The position numbers and the translations under genes were made by a program. DNA of 64,000 nt. It comes from Rhina ancylostomus (Eukaryota). The notes under the pieces are model-generated. The model ran no database searches. It saw only the letters and a list, made by a program, of their open reading frames with translations, and was not told the origin of the DNA. The stretch covers positions 26,886,606-26,950,605 of the forward strand of contig JARFYF010000055.1 of assembly GCA_030265395.1 (NCBI GenBank), in the 5' to 3' direction. How positions within the stretch are numbered: the stretch's first letter is position 1; each line of letters begins with the position of its first letter. This document shows positions 25,850-38,390 of this stretch, one piece after another.

Positions 25850-26140
25850 AAACCCACAACCTGTACCAGCTAGGACAAGAACAGAAAAAGCATGGGAACA
25901 CCACCACCTGGAAGTTGCCTTCCAAGCAATGCACCATCCTGACTTGGAAATATGTATCAGTGTTGCTGGGTGAAAATCCTGGAACTCCCTCCCTCACAAC
26001 ATTGTGGATATAACCACACCTCAAGAACTGCAGTGGATCATGAACGCAGCTCATTTCCACCTTCTCAAGGGCAACTAGGGATGGACAATTAAATGCTGGC
26101 TCAGCCCGGAAGCCCATATCCCTTGAATGAATAAAAAAAA
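25850..26140 (+). mobile_element. L2/CR1-group LINE 3' tail
   Basis: atgggaacaccaccacctggaagttgccttccaag...ccatcctgacttggaaatat...aaatgctggctcagcccggaagcccatatcccttgaatgaataaaaaaaa. Confidence 0.7.
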
Positions 26141-28564
26141 ACAATGAAACTGCTATTTTGTTCAATCATTTGACAATTACTTTCAGTAGTAATTTTGTAA
26201 GCATGGCTCAGATCTTGCATTTGCACTCATGGCAGAGAATTACACTGTGAATCTGACGGTTGTGTCGGGTATACAGACTTGCAGAACTAAATGTGGAAAC
26301 CTTGAAGCTGCCAGCAATAACTTCCAACTCCTCCATTTTGCATCCTTCTCTGTGAAAAAAAATAAATTGAAGAGACTTTCGGGTATTTATGAACATTGTT
26401 TTGCTGCAGAGAAAATAAACATTCCACGCTTTGTTGCATAAGTTGTTAATTAGTTTTTTAATGGAATACTTATATCTTTAAAATGCATACAAGCTCCAAA
26501 AGGCTTATTTTATTTATGTGGGTTTTCATTTTCTCAGATAAATATTTCAAAGTATGATGAATTTTATTTATTATTTTTATATGGTTTGCTTATAATATTT
26601 CAGTGTGTTTACATTCCAGTTTCTACTTTGTGCTTTGTAAAACAGTTAAAAATTATCCCTTTTGCTTCTGGTTTGCCATTACATAGAATACTACACTGTG
26701 ATTGACTGATCAGCTTATTCAGTGACAGGACTGTTGCCGGATACCAGAGACTCTGGTGACAACCTGCACTAGAGAAAGAAAACCTGACTCCACAGAGATA
26801 ACTAAGCCATTGTGACCAAGTTTCATTGAAAGCCATCACTTTGCCACTGACTACAAAATCCAGGCCAATGTCAGCATTCCTTCTGCAAACAAAATATTCA
26901 AAAAAGGAAAGAGCCTGTTCTTAATTTCTAAACCGGAAGACACCGTGGAAGGAGAGGTCAAGCGTGGAAAATTTCTTAATTTATGGAATTTGTTGAATTA
27001 GTGTTAGTCTTGCCACTGACCTGTTCATTGCAGTTGATGTAAGACAAATAGTGAAGCTAAAAAGACTGCAAAAAATGTTAAGATTATCTTAATTGTTCTC
27101 TTCTCCCAGGTCTGTTTGCATATCCGTCATCCTCAAATCATGGTTTACAACACTGAAAACTGACGGCAAAACAGTAGGACTCTCGCTCATGTTCCAGATT
27201 TCACAGTCTTCCACTGTATAAAACACTGAATTGTTGAATACTCCAGTGAGCATCAACACTACCACATACATGGGCATGGACAGAATTATAATTAATGGCT
27301 TTAACATCTATAATACCATTAAGTACATTCCAAATGCTCATTTTAAATGTTACTTTTATCATTCCTGGTTAATCTCTGACTGGATATTTGTTCAATTTTG
27401 GCTGAAGCCAAAGCCCACCTCTCACAACTAACCAGCAACAAAGATTCCCTTCTTCTTCTGCTGCCAGTGTGCCTAGAAAATGCAGATCTTCTCATCCGAC
27501 TCCTTCCCTGTGCAAGGTTTAGGTCCTGGAGTTATCACTGAGCTCACCATCGCTCCAGTAGAGGGCTCAGTCCATTGCACCATGTTGGGCACGCACAAAT
27601 TCAGCTTCAGCCAACATCTCAAGTGCAGGTGCCTACCTGAAAGGTTTCACTCACTGTTCCAGATTGTTAAAGGTTACAATTTTAATGGCCAACCCAGCCT
27701 AACATTTCCCTTTCTTTTCCATTGGTTCCAGAGTGAGAATATTCTGCAAATCAATCTTGTTCTTCCACTACAATCCCTAACCACCTGCCCCTTCCCTAAA
27801 TCCAACCACTCCACTGCCTCCAGAGATCAACATTTAGCTGAAGCCCAGGACTGTAACATAAAATACATCAAGGTTCCTTCCAGGGAAAAATGGTCAAAGA
27901 TCCTGACCAACATGCCAGTAACATCACAGCCACAGGGTTAAAATATCCCTGCTTACCTACTATCATTCATTACATTTTATTTTACTTTTCTATTACTTTC
28001 TGCAAAGCTGAGTTGTTGTATAGTTATTTTTGAGCATATCTATTCAAAACAGATTGTTGTGAAATCACACACTCACACACATACACAGACCACCCCCAAT
28101 ACTATGGCTTCCATGATGAAGTTGTAGTCATTAACAACTGTTATTCGGCAAACAAAAATATTTCCATTTTCACAGGATCGTCATTTCACAACTAAAGTCA
28201 CCTCCAGTTATTGCAGGATTGTCACCCAGTTCCAGCTAAAGAAACAAAATGCTGTGACGGTTGAGAATCGGTTCAAGTTATTACAACTGTGGGCAATATT
28301 TATCTTGACTCCTGCAGCACTTTGTTGGGCTTCAAGCTGATGTGGATGGGTGGGATGATGGTGGGGTGTCCCATTGGAACAGGAAAGAGGTTATTGTCCA
28401 CAAGGAAAACAAACACTGATTTCCACTCTTAACTAAAAATTCCCAGAATTATATCTAAATGATTATGTAATGACTGGAGTTTGTGGAACAAGCAATGCTC
28501 AATGGTTTCTATAAGTTGTGGAAGTTTGCAAGTGCAGCACTGTGTATTTCATGATCATTTTTGA

Positions 28565-28860
28565 CATAGAAGGAAGCCATTCAGCCCATCAAGTTTATGC
28601 TGGTTGACAGAGCAATCCCATCCCCCACTTATTGTGCCTATAACTTATTCTCCCCACAATTTTACTACACGCCTACACTCAGGGTAACATACATTGGACA
28701 ATTACCTGACTGAACCGCATGTGTTTGGGATGTGGGAGGAAATCGGAGCAGCCAGAGGAAACCCATGTGGGTCATGGGGAAAATGTGCAAACTCCACACA
28801 TCCAGCACCTGAGGTCAGGATTGAACCCGAGTCACTGGCGCTGTGAGGCAGCAGCACAGT
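28565..28860 (-). mobile_element. HE1-like SINE
   Basis: tgggatgtgggaggaaatcggagcagccagaggaaaccca...aggattgaacccgagtcactggcgctgtgaggcagcagc is the reverse of a tRNA head plus V-type body. Confidence 0.75.
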
Positions 28861-31439
28861 GCTCTGTACTGGTGGCTAGCCCCCCAGTGAGCAAATTTCC
28901 AGTTCATTTTACCCATCATGGACCTATGCATAGCAGATTTTGTCAGAGGCAATCCCCAACTCCCATGTGCTCATCTGAACAAAGCTGAAGGGGGTTGTAA
29001 CCAAAATTAAAAAGTAATGAAGACTTGACCCTGTCAATATGAATATAAAGATGACTGTTTTCTTCTGACCACAGAATGGGCAAGCAGATAGAGTATCCTT
29101 ACCTTGTGTATTGATTTATTCTCACTGTGCTGTGAAACACACACCATCCAGTGCCCCAGTGTTGGCAGACAAAGTCCCAAAAACCTTTGGGTTGAGAGTG
29201 TTAAGGAGCTGATTGCTGTCTCCACAGCTTGTGCATCAGAACAAGAAGCTAATTAGATAATGTAATCACCAATTACACATTAAGTGAATGTGCAACTCTG
29301 AATTGGAGGCAATAGCAAGAGCCAGGCGTAACAAAGTTGAAGAAAATTATTTTAAAAATCAACAGAACACCATACATCAAGCAGGAAAGCATGAGGAATA
29401 GTACAAAAGAGAATGCAAGGTGAACCATTAATGGAGAAAATACGTAAAGTCATGTTCCCTGTTGCAGTCCCATGTATTACCTCATTGTTTATTGTATCTG
29501 AAAGAAAAGTGGTCAGTTATTGTTTATCCCACAGTCAGCAGAAGCTTTAACTAGGAGCTGTGGTGGGGATGTGACTGTGGAGCCAAGCATTTGGTGGTGG
29601 ATAAGAGACTGGTCCAGAGTAGGGACTGTGCTTTACTGTGTGTGTGGGAAGTAGGGGAGAGCAACCAGGAATACTGGGAGAGGGATCTGCAGCTGGGATA
29701 TTGTGTGGGGTATGGGTCTGGAGGTTGAGGGGGGGGGATATCTGGAAGTGTGGGCGGTTTGTGGGGTCGGGGTGTTATAGAAGTTATTTCAATATGTAAG
29801 GGAGGCAGGAGATAAACATGTAGCCAAGTACCCTCCTTATCTTGCAGGCCTCACAAGTTGGCACTGCAGGAAGACAGCCCAGGGTGTTGAATGAGAGGGA
29901 TCCTCAGGACAATGTGGTTCAAGCTTCCTGGCAGTGCTCTGAGAGAAGCATTACACAGGCCATCACATCATCTGGGCTAGGGGTGGAACTAGTTGCTCAG
30001 TGGAGAGCTGGCATGGACATGATGGGCCATATGGCCTCCTGCGCCATAACCATTTCCTGACTCCATGATGCGTGCCCCAAAGGAGAAGTAACATTGGGGT
30101 TGCGAGAATGACTCACGAAAGGAAATGCCTGTTGAATCTTTCTAGCGACCTTAAACAACTCGGAAAAGTTTGTTAAAATTGATTTTTAATTAGATAATGC
30201 TGAAATAAAAATAGCTTTAAGCAATTCGATGTCCAGGCAAATTATTTAAAAGACTGCTGGGACCATTCAATCTGTAAAAAGAGGAGATATGAGGAATACA
30301 GCTGGTCAGAACTAAGAATCTAGATTGCAAAATATTAGATTGCAATCTTGAATGTCTGAAATTATCAAGGGAAATTTCACATTTTTATCTCATTAGAATT
30401 TTGGCTGGGAGTTTTCAGGGGTTTCAACAACTTGCATAATAGAAAATAAATTGCATTAAGTTCTTCATCCATCAAGATTTTGTTTCTTCCATGGATTCCT
30501 CGACTTGCTAGTCCACCTCATTATTACACGTCTTGTGCCTCCAGACCAATGTTTCTTTCTTGCATGCTCTCAATATTCTGCACAGTGTCAGGGCTGCCAT
30601 TTCTTGTGGTGCTGCGGGATGTCATACGGGTGACCTATGGTTCACTTTTCCTAACACAAACAATGACCAGTCGCATAGAAGGTTCAGGATTTCATGAGAG
30701 AGTTGCATCTGCCAAGCCGCATTCTCAATCTCTCCAGGCTCTGCCATCATTGCTATTTGCAGTTGGATTTGGATCCTAACGCCTCACCAGAAGTAACACT
30801 TCAGCTATTCTGTTCAATAGCTTTGTCACTTTTTTTTCACACATTATTTTTGCCAGAGATTGGCTACTTTTATAAATATTGTTAGTGTTTCAGAGGAACA
30901 CAAAAGGGTCTTTTCTATTTCTCAAGATGTAATGGTACACAGATAGAGTATCCGATAAGAGAGGTGGTGATCATCTGACTCTTGCACACTGCCACCAGCA
31001 AATGTAAGGGTCCCTACACCAGACAATAGTTTGACGTAGGGTACAGGATGGCTTTTAGACAGCCTGTTATGATTTTGTATTTGTTATATGTGGAGGCATT
31101 GATGCATTTACTTAAGCATCCACAGATGGAGCGGTTAAACCCAGGTACAGAGAAACAATATTAAGGCGGCAGAGTGGTGGATTTGATTCCACTTAGAATC
31201 TGCAACCTTTCTCAAAATGGTAATGGTGCCTTGACTTTGGCTTTGGTATGCTTTCTGTAGCTGATTGCATGGTCCAGTGTAACCCTTAAGAAAACCGAAG
31301 ATTTCTGATGTTCAATCCTCTTCCATTGATNNNNNNNNNNNNNNNNNNNNNNNNNNNNNNNNNNNNNNNNNNNNNNNNNNNNNNNNNNNNGGAGTACTCA
31401 GCTACATTCGTAGCATCTCCCTCCCTTTGCATTATTAAC

Positions 31440-33400
31440 AAAGCCACTGCACGTCCTTTAAAGGATTGTTGTTGTGTTGCAGTGAGGAATGATATTGGTT
31501 CAGAAGCTGACACTCTAGAATCATTTTGGGTAAGAAATCACTGGTGGCAATAATATAGAGCGTTTTAATAGTAGCTATGCTCTAAATTAAGAAATAATGT
31601 GGGCTTGTAAGAAAGGTACTGCAATAATCACAGGCAATTTTAATCATCAAATTGATTGAAGAAATCATGCTGTGGATGAGTTTGCAACCTGTAATTTGAT
31701 TGCTTTCTTAGAACAATATATTGCCGAACCAATTTTAAATCTTAGCTATTGAAACAGGGATTAACTTGACAAAGGATTCCCTTCGAAAAATGAGATCATG
31801 ACAGAGTGGAACTTTAAATTCAGTTTGAATGTGAGAAACTTGAAGTCTGTCTTAAGCTAAGTTTAAAGAGTGCAGGGATAGCTTTGGTTAAAATGGACTT
31901 GGGATAAGATGACAGATCAGCAGAAGCAGACATTTAAAGAAATATCAGCAAAAGTATATTGTAGTGAGAAAGAAAGGCTCTTTGAAAAAGATACAGCATC
32001 CAACACTATTTAAGGAAGTTAAAATTGGTATCCAATTGAAAAAAAGCATATCATATTACTAAGATAGTCCAAAGGATTCAGAAAGTTTTAAAAAAAAGCG
32101 TTTAGAAACAAATTAAGGAGGGAGAGTATACACACGCACACAGGTAAATAAAAATGAAAAAAGTAGTTGAAGTAAGCATTGGTCTTTAAGAGGATAAAAC
32201 TGGACAGTTAATGGAAATGGAGAAATGATAGCAATTGTAAATAATTGTCTGAGATCTTCCTTCATGGTAAAATACACTAACATAATTATAGATAATTAAT
32301 GGGCAAAAAGGGAGTGAAGGCAAACCAGTGGGATTAATAACTAACAAATAACCTCGACATGATGCCTGGATTCTAGGACCTTAATAGAGCCACAGCAGAG
32401 ATGGTGAATGTGTTGGTTGTAATTTATAAAAATTCCCTGGATTTTGGAGAGGTCCAAGAGGAGTGTAAACTGCAGGTGTAACATAATATTCAAGAAAGGA
32501 GGGTGATAGAAAGTAGGAAGTTATAGGCCAGTTATGAAAGTATTTATCATTGGGAAAATGCTCAAAATTAATTATNNNNNNNNNNNNNNNNNNNNNNNNN
32601 NNNNNNAAGATAAACAATAAAGGCTACATCATCTTATTCAAAAGGAATTGCATTTAACAAAGTTGCTAGAGTTCTTTGAGGATAAAACAAACAGACTGAA
32701 TAAGGGATGAAGCGTATTTGGATTTCCAGAAGGCATTTGATAACATGCTTCAAAAAAACCTACTGTACAAGATAAGAGTGCACAGGGTTGAGAGTCATGA
32801 ATTGGCAGAGATAAGAGAGTGGCTAATGAATAGGATACAGAGAGGTAAGATAAATGGGCCATTTTTGGGTTGGCAATCAATATCTAATGAATGTTCAAGG
32901 GATCAGTGGTTGGTCCTCAGCTGTTTACAGTGTATGTCAATGACTTGGATAAGGGAACGATCCAGATTTACTGAGGACATAATAATAAGTGAGCTTGCAA
33001 ATTGTGAGGAAGAAGCAGAGATTAAGTGAGTGGGCAAGAAATTGGCAGATGGAGTAAAACATCTGAACATTTGAGGCTATCCATTTTAGAAGGAAAATTC
33101 AGACAGTAAATTGTTATTTAAATGGACTGAGATGTCATGGTACAAAGGGATCTGATGGTCTTCGTGCATGAAACATGAAGGGTTGACATTCAGATCTAAC
33201 AAGTAAAATTGGAAAAGCTGATGGAATAATAGGCTTTGTTGCAAGGGTTATGGAGTCCAGAAGTAGGGCAGTTTAATGTACCTTTCCAGGGTGCTGATGA
33301 GTCTGAAGAGTCCTGCATACAGTTTTGATTTCCTTATCTCAGGAAGGAGGTGCTTGGAGGCAATGCAGAGGAAGTTCACTATGTTGATTCAGCCATTTCA
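31440..33400 (+). mobile_element. Decayed CR1-type LINE, ORF2 endonuclease to RT
   Basis: ORF 32718-33029 DFQKAFD..Q..LLYKI......LAEIREWLMNRIQRGKINGPFLGW matches the CR1 RT pattern DFQKAFDKVPH..W.I..WL..R.QRV.ING.FS.W; many stops and frameshifts around it. Confidence 0.85.
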
Positions 33401-33894
33401 TTGATACATTCATGTTTGACTTCTATCTAATTCAAACATGCATTGACAAGAACTTGGAAACAACCATTTCCTCTTAAAGAAAAGCTGACAGGAATTCTTT
33501 GGAATCACCCAGTCAACCATCTCCTGCTCTGCAGTGGTGTTGCTTTGCATTGTTGCTATACTGCATACAATGATAGTACTATTTCTAGATCCTTTATCAA
33601 TGCATGGTCAAGGCACAAAACAGCTTGCCATGGCTTTCAGGAGAACAATGAAATGTTATTTTCCATCGTCATATAATTTTTGCCTAACTACATACAAATA
33701 CAATATGGTGTCCACAACTGAATGCAGCACACTGGATGTGGTCTAATCAGGAGGTGTCTGGAATATTTGCATATATTGTTTGTGCTCCTCTTATCTGGAT
33801 CTGGAACCACAGTCTTTTTTAATTATTTTTTCGCTGGTTCCAAAGTTTTCATAATTTCTATATATGGATCTCTAAATCTCTCTGTTCATGATTC

Positions 33895-34286
33895 TGTCAC
33901 AATGTTGAGCAAAGAGCAAGCTCACAGAGAACCCAAATGTGGCACACTTGTATGAGACTGGAGTCAGGATGCTTCCTCAGGACCAAACACAGGCAGCAAC
34001 TGGAAAGAATCTTGCCTCAGGGATCTGAGGTGGAGTCCCAACATGAACTGGATATTCAAAGAGGAACGGAAAACACAGGACTGCTCTAGAGTAGAGCACT
34101 CTAAGGAGCCAACATATACCCAAAGGTAGACCAATACTCTGGCAACTAATGCTAGAGAAACCCAGGTACTTATGCTAGGGCCCTGATGGGGCTCAGGTGT
34201 GTGTTGTTATGCAATTAGTCAAGCATGGAATCCATGTGCTGTACATCAAGGGGCCAAATTGAGGGCCAGTGCTTGGAACCATGACA
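33895..34286. mobile_element. LTR, same family as 6799-7118
   Basis: tgtcacaatgttgagcaaagagcaagctc...gctagagaaacccaggtacttatgctagg...ggaaccatgaca. Confidence 0.85.
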
Positions 34287-34529
34287 CAGTATGGTGGGGA
34301 CTGTTTGGCTTCGTCCCCACAGCCTCTGGAAACGTTATTACCAGAACCCATTCACCAATCTTTCAAAGTCAGAACTGCTCCCCACTGAAACACCTTGTCC
34401 ATGATAATAGGTAAACATAAAACAAAATGACTCCCTTGAGATGGCAGTGGACCTATTCACTGAACTTATGGATCTATTAGACAAGATAAAGATGGCAAAA
34501 TGAAATGTTGGGAGTGGGTGAGGCATTTT

Positions 34530-35095
34530 ATACATACGTTAAGAGAAAGAGTAACTAGGGAGAGGGTAGGACCACTCAGTGATAAAGAAAGGATTTATGC
34601 CTGGAGCCAGAGGAAGTGGATGAGGTACTTGATGAGTACTTTGCTAAGGACAAGGACATGGAGGTTAGTGAGATGCTGATGTTCCAGGGCGTGTTGGTAT
34701 CAAGAAGGAGAAAGTCTCGAAGAACATTAAGGTGGATAAGTCTCCAGGGCCGGATGGGATCTATCCCAGGTTGTTGAAAGAGGCAAGAGAGGACATTGCT
34801 GTAGCCTTGACAGAGATCCTTGTGCCCTCTTGAGCCACAGGCGAGGTCCCAGATGAATGAAAGTTTAAGAGTAGTAGGGCTAATCCAGGAAATTATAGGC
34901 CAGTGAGCCTTACATCAGTGGTAGGGAAATTATTTCTTAGGGAAAGCATTTACTCTCATTTGGAAAAGTGTAGATTTATTAGGGATAATCGGCATGGCCT
35001 TGTGTCTTACAAAGTTCATTGAGCTTTTTGAGGAAGTGACAAAGGTGATTGATGTGGGTAGGGCAGTGGATGTTGTCCACATGGACTTCACTAAA
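34530..35095 (+). mobile_element. CR1/HER1-like LINE RT fragment
   Basis: gataagtctccagggccggatgggatctatcccagg (DKSPGPDGIYPR), aatccaggaaattataggccagtgagccttacatcagtggtaggg (NPGNYRPVSLTSVVG), gatgttgtccacatggacttc. Confidence 0.85.
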
Positions 35096-35629
35096 GGAAT
35101 TGGATTGCTGCCTCAATCAAAGTTAGTTATCGTATGTTATAGCTTCCATCAGAGATGACCTTTGTAAATGACAAACTCTTTCATCAGAGCACATCAAATG
35201 GCATTCACTGTAATGTGGTCAAGCCATACCATGACTATTGCTTCACTAATCCTTCCCCTTAAATTACAAATTCCATATGCATATCCTACCCCATCTCAAT
35301 CCAGAGAGCAAAAATCAGCAAGTTGTCTCCTGCTTGAATTCATTCTTTGCTCGGACACTCTCTGCAGGAAAAAAAAACACCCTGTAATGAAATGTTAAAC
35401 TGAAGCCCAATCTGACTTCTGAGGTGAATGGGAAAATGACACGAATGCAAGAAAATAGGGGCAGGAGTAGAGCACCAATCCCCTCAAGTCTGCCCTGCTG
35501 TTCAATATGATTGTGGCTGATCTACCCCAGGACTCAACTCTTCCTCTGTGCTTGGTCACTAATTCCATGATTTTTCAAAAAAAATTCCCCCTCCATTTAA
35601 ATACTTCTGCTGATCTAGCCTCCACAACC

Positions 35630-35685
35630 TTAGTGTAGTGGTTAGCATAACGCTATTACAGTGCCAGTGACCCGGGTTCAATTCC
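35630..35685 (+). mobile_element. SINE family A head, cut by a gap
   Basis: tagtgtagtggttagcataacgctattacagtgccagtgacccgggttcaattcc, then 100 N. Confidence 0.8.
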
Positions 35686-35785
35686 NNNNNNNNNNNNNNN
35701 NNNNNNNNNNNNNNNNNNNNNNNNNNNNNNNNNNNNNNNNNNNNNNNNNNNNNNNNNNNNNNNNNNNNNNNNNNNNNNNNNNNNN

Positions 35786-35833
35786 GCACCATCAATGGAG
35801 CTGAATCAAGAGCCAGTACTTGGAACCATGACA
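35786..35833. mobile_element. End of a further LTR copy after a gap
   Basis: gagccagtacttggaaccatgaca matches the ends of the other two LTRs; followed by GATTC. Confidence 0.7.
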
Positions 35834-38049
35834 GATTCCTAGATATTGCCAATTGTATAATAATCCAGTCTGTCTTTCTTGGGTGTGAAGTAAATGATGT
35901 CAGTCTTCTCTTCATCAATCTCAGTCTGCCGTAGATTTCCCAGTCGATTGTTGGTGGAAATTCTCACAGAAATGCATTTTTCGGGGTTGGGATTTGACTG
36001 ATCTGAAATGTCCTTATCTATTGCTGATAGTTCTGCCGGTAACGCCTTCACTGTGGCAATCTCTCCTCTGACCTCCGCACTTTCACTTTGTAGCACATAA
36101 AGTCAGAGCTGAGCTGGACCTCAAGTATCAGTTCACCTGAACTCCTGTTCCACTGCTGACCTCAATCCTGGGAATGGACCCCATCCTACTTTGCATCTGT
36201 ATCAATTTTTAATGTTTGTGCCTCAAACATTCTTGGATTCTCCCTTATCATCTTGCGTAGGTGCAACAGAGAGCTCTAAATGTATTGAAGTATGCCTGAG
36301 AAAGGCAAGTGTTCTAAAGTTCCTCCAGTGTAATAGTAAATCACTTATTGGCTATTTTCTCGCTTACATTCCACACTATGCCACATACTATTGTGGATTT
36401 CACCCTGGCAGAGCCATTCATTCAGTGTTGACCTCAAAAGCAATTGAATTTAATGTGTCTTATTGTGGAGGAGACAGTGAAATGGTGGCAGTTGAAACAA
36501 GAGTCAACAATGAGAGACAAAAAGAAGCAATCCAGACAAGGTGATAGATTCAGTGAGCAAGTATGAATCAGAGTAATGGGACATGGGTGAAATCTACATC
36601 TACAGACATCTGCAGTATCTAGTACATATTTGAGATAAGGTCAGACACGTTCAAGTCAAGATGATCTCAGCAAAAATGCGCACCTGAAGAGACTGAAGGA
36701 GTATGTGGTGACGTATCTATTTCTGAAACACTGCTGTATACATGTGCATCATTTCAGTAAACCAAATGCAATACCAGAGAAAATACACAGTTGAAAAGGC
36801 CTAGACACTTAAGGATGTGATGTAAATAATTGTACAAATATCACGTGATTGTCATGTAATAACATTATTATGACATAAGTGACACATGTTCAGTGGTTGT
36901 TGTTTGTTTATTATAAAGTATTGACTTTTTTCCTGAAGTTCCTGGTCTTTCTAGACTATCCCCATAATTAGAACATGCCAGCACTTTCAGCCCAGTTCAC
37001 AGTCCATCCATAAAAATAATCCAGGTGCCAGATCTCAGGAAGAACATAGACTTGAAGCAGGTTCCACACAGAGTCACCACAGTGGTACCAGGGTTAAAAG
37101 GGTTGATAACAGGTTGCATAGAACAGGCCAATATTTTCTTGAATATGAAAGATTGACAGTGATGAAGATAATTTGAGGATTTAGTAGACTAGACAGACAG
37201 AAAGTATTTCCTGTGGCTGGGGAAATTGAAACAAGAATAATCTCGAAGTTAGAAGAGGGTGATTCAAGGCTGATGTCAGAGTAGCAGAAGTTTGGAATTT
37301 TCTTCCCCCAAAAGTTGCTGATGGTGAATAAACTAAAATGTTTAATTGTTTTTCTTTTTTCAGGTGAAGACATGGAGCAAACATGTGCAGATGGAATGAA
37401 AATACAGATTTGTTTTGACCTAACTTAATGATGAAACAAGCTCCCATGACTAAATGACCAACCTTTGATCCCATATTCCTTAACAACCAATACTGGTTAG
37501 AGATGTAGACCAAAGTCATTAAGATAGATGAGTTGGATCTGGATGGCTCACTCCTCAAAAGGATCTACCTCCAGCATTCTTATCATGTTAAGTAACCGGG
37601 TTGTAACCTTCAATAACACAATTTATTTGTAAACCAGTCTACACTAATTGCTAGTATTTTCCATGCGGTTTGATTGTCAGGAGTCATATGTTTGAGGCAT
37701 AGCCAGGACATCCATACCCCCATTAAGCAAGATGAGTTAAAGCTTATGTGGAGCATAGCTGGCTGAATAGACCATTTTTATGCTCTAATCTTTAGCCAAC
37801 CCTCTGCTTTAGCAGTCCAAGAAGGCTACACAGCACATTAATGATGAAACATCACACATGGCTTCTGCTGTTTGTGAAACTCTCTATCAGTGTCAGAACA
37901 TAACCTGCATAAATCATTGGCTGAATCAGAATTGCTCATTGTATATTAGGCAATGCTAAAATATATTCATTCTTTGATACTATTCCAATTTCAATTACTC
38001 TTTCTGTTATTTCAGTTTCTATCAGGAAGACAATACTGAAATTGCTGTT

Positions 38050-38390
38050 CTGTTCGTTAACTCCAGCTAGGACTTGTTCAGCAGCTCTGGGTTTGATTCT
38101 GACCTCCGGGTGCCGCCAGTGTGGAGTGTGTGCATGCTCCCTGTGACCATCTGGGTTTCCCCAGNNNNNNNCCCCAGGTGCTCTGGTGTCTTGCAACATC
38201 TTAAAGATGTCATGGTTGGTAGGTTAATTGACAAATGTAAATTACTCCTAGTGCAGTGAATAGCAGGAAAATTAGGAGGTGTGGAGTTAATGGGCACGTG
38301 AGAGAAAACCGGTTAGGAAGAAATAAGTGGGGGAATAGGATTTGTGGAATTGTCCTGGTGGGTGAAATGGCCTTCTTCTGCATTGTAAGA
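38050..38390 (+). mobile_element. HE1-like SINE, decayed
   Basis: ctgggtttgattctgacctccgggtg...gtgaccatctgggtttcc...ggttggtaggttaattgacaaatgtaaattactcc. Confidence 0.7.

Noticed and set aside
32718-33029. RT-like ORF as a functional gene
   Set aside because: Fragment of a CR1 LINE with surrounding stops and frameshifts.
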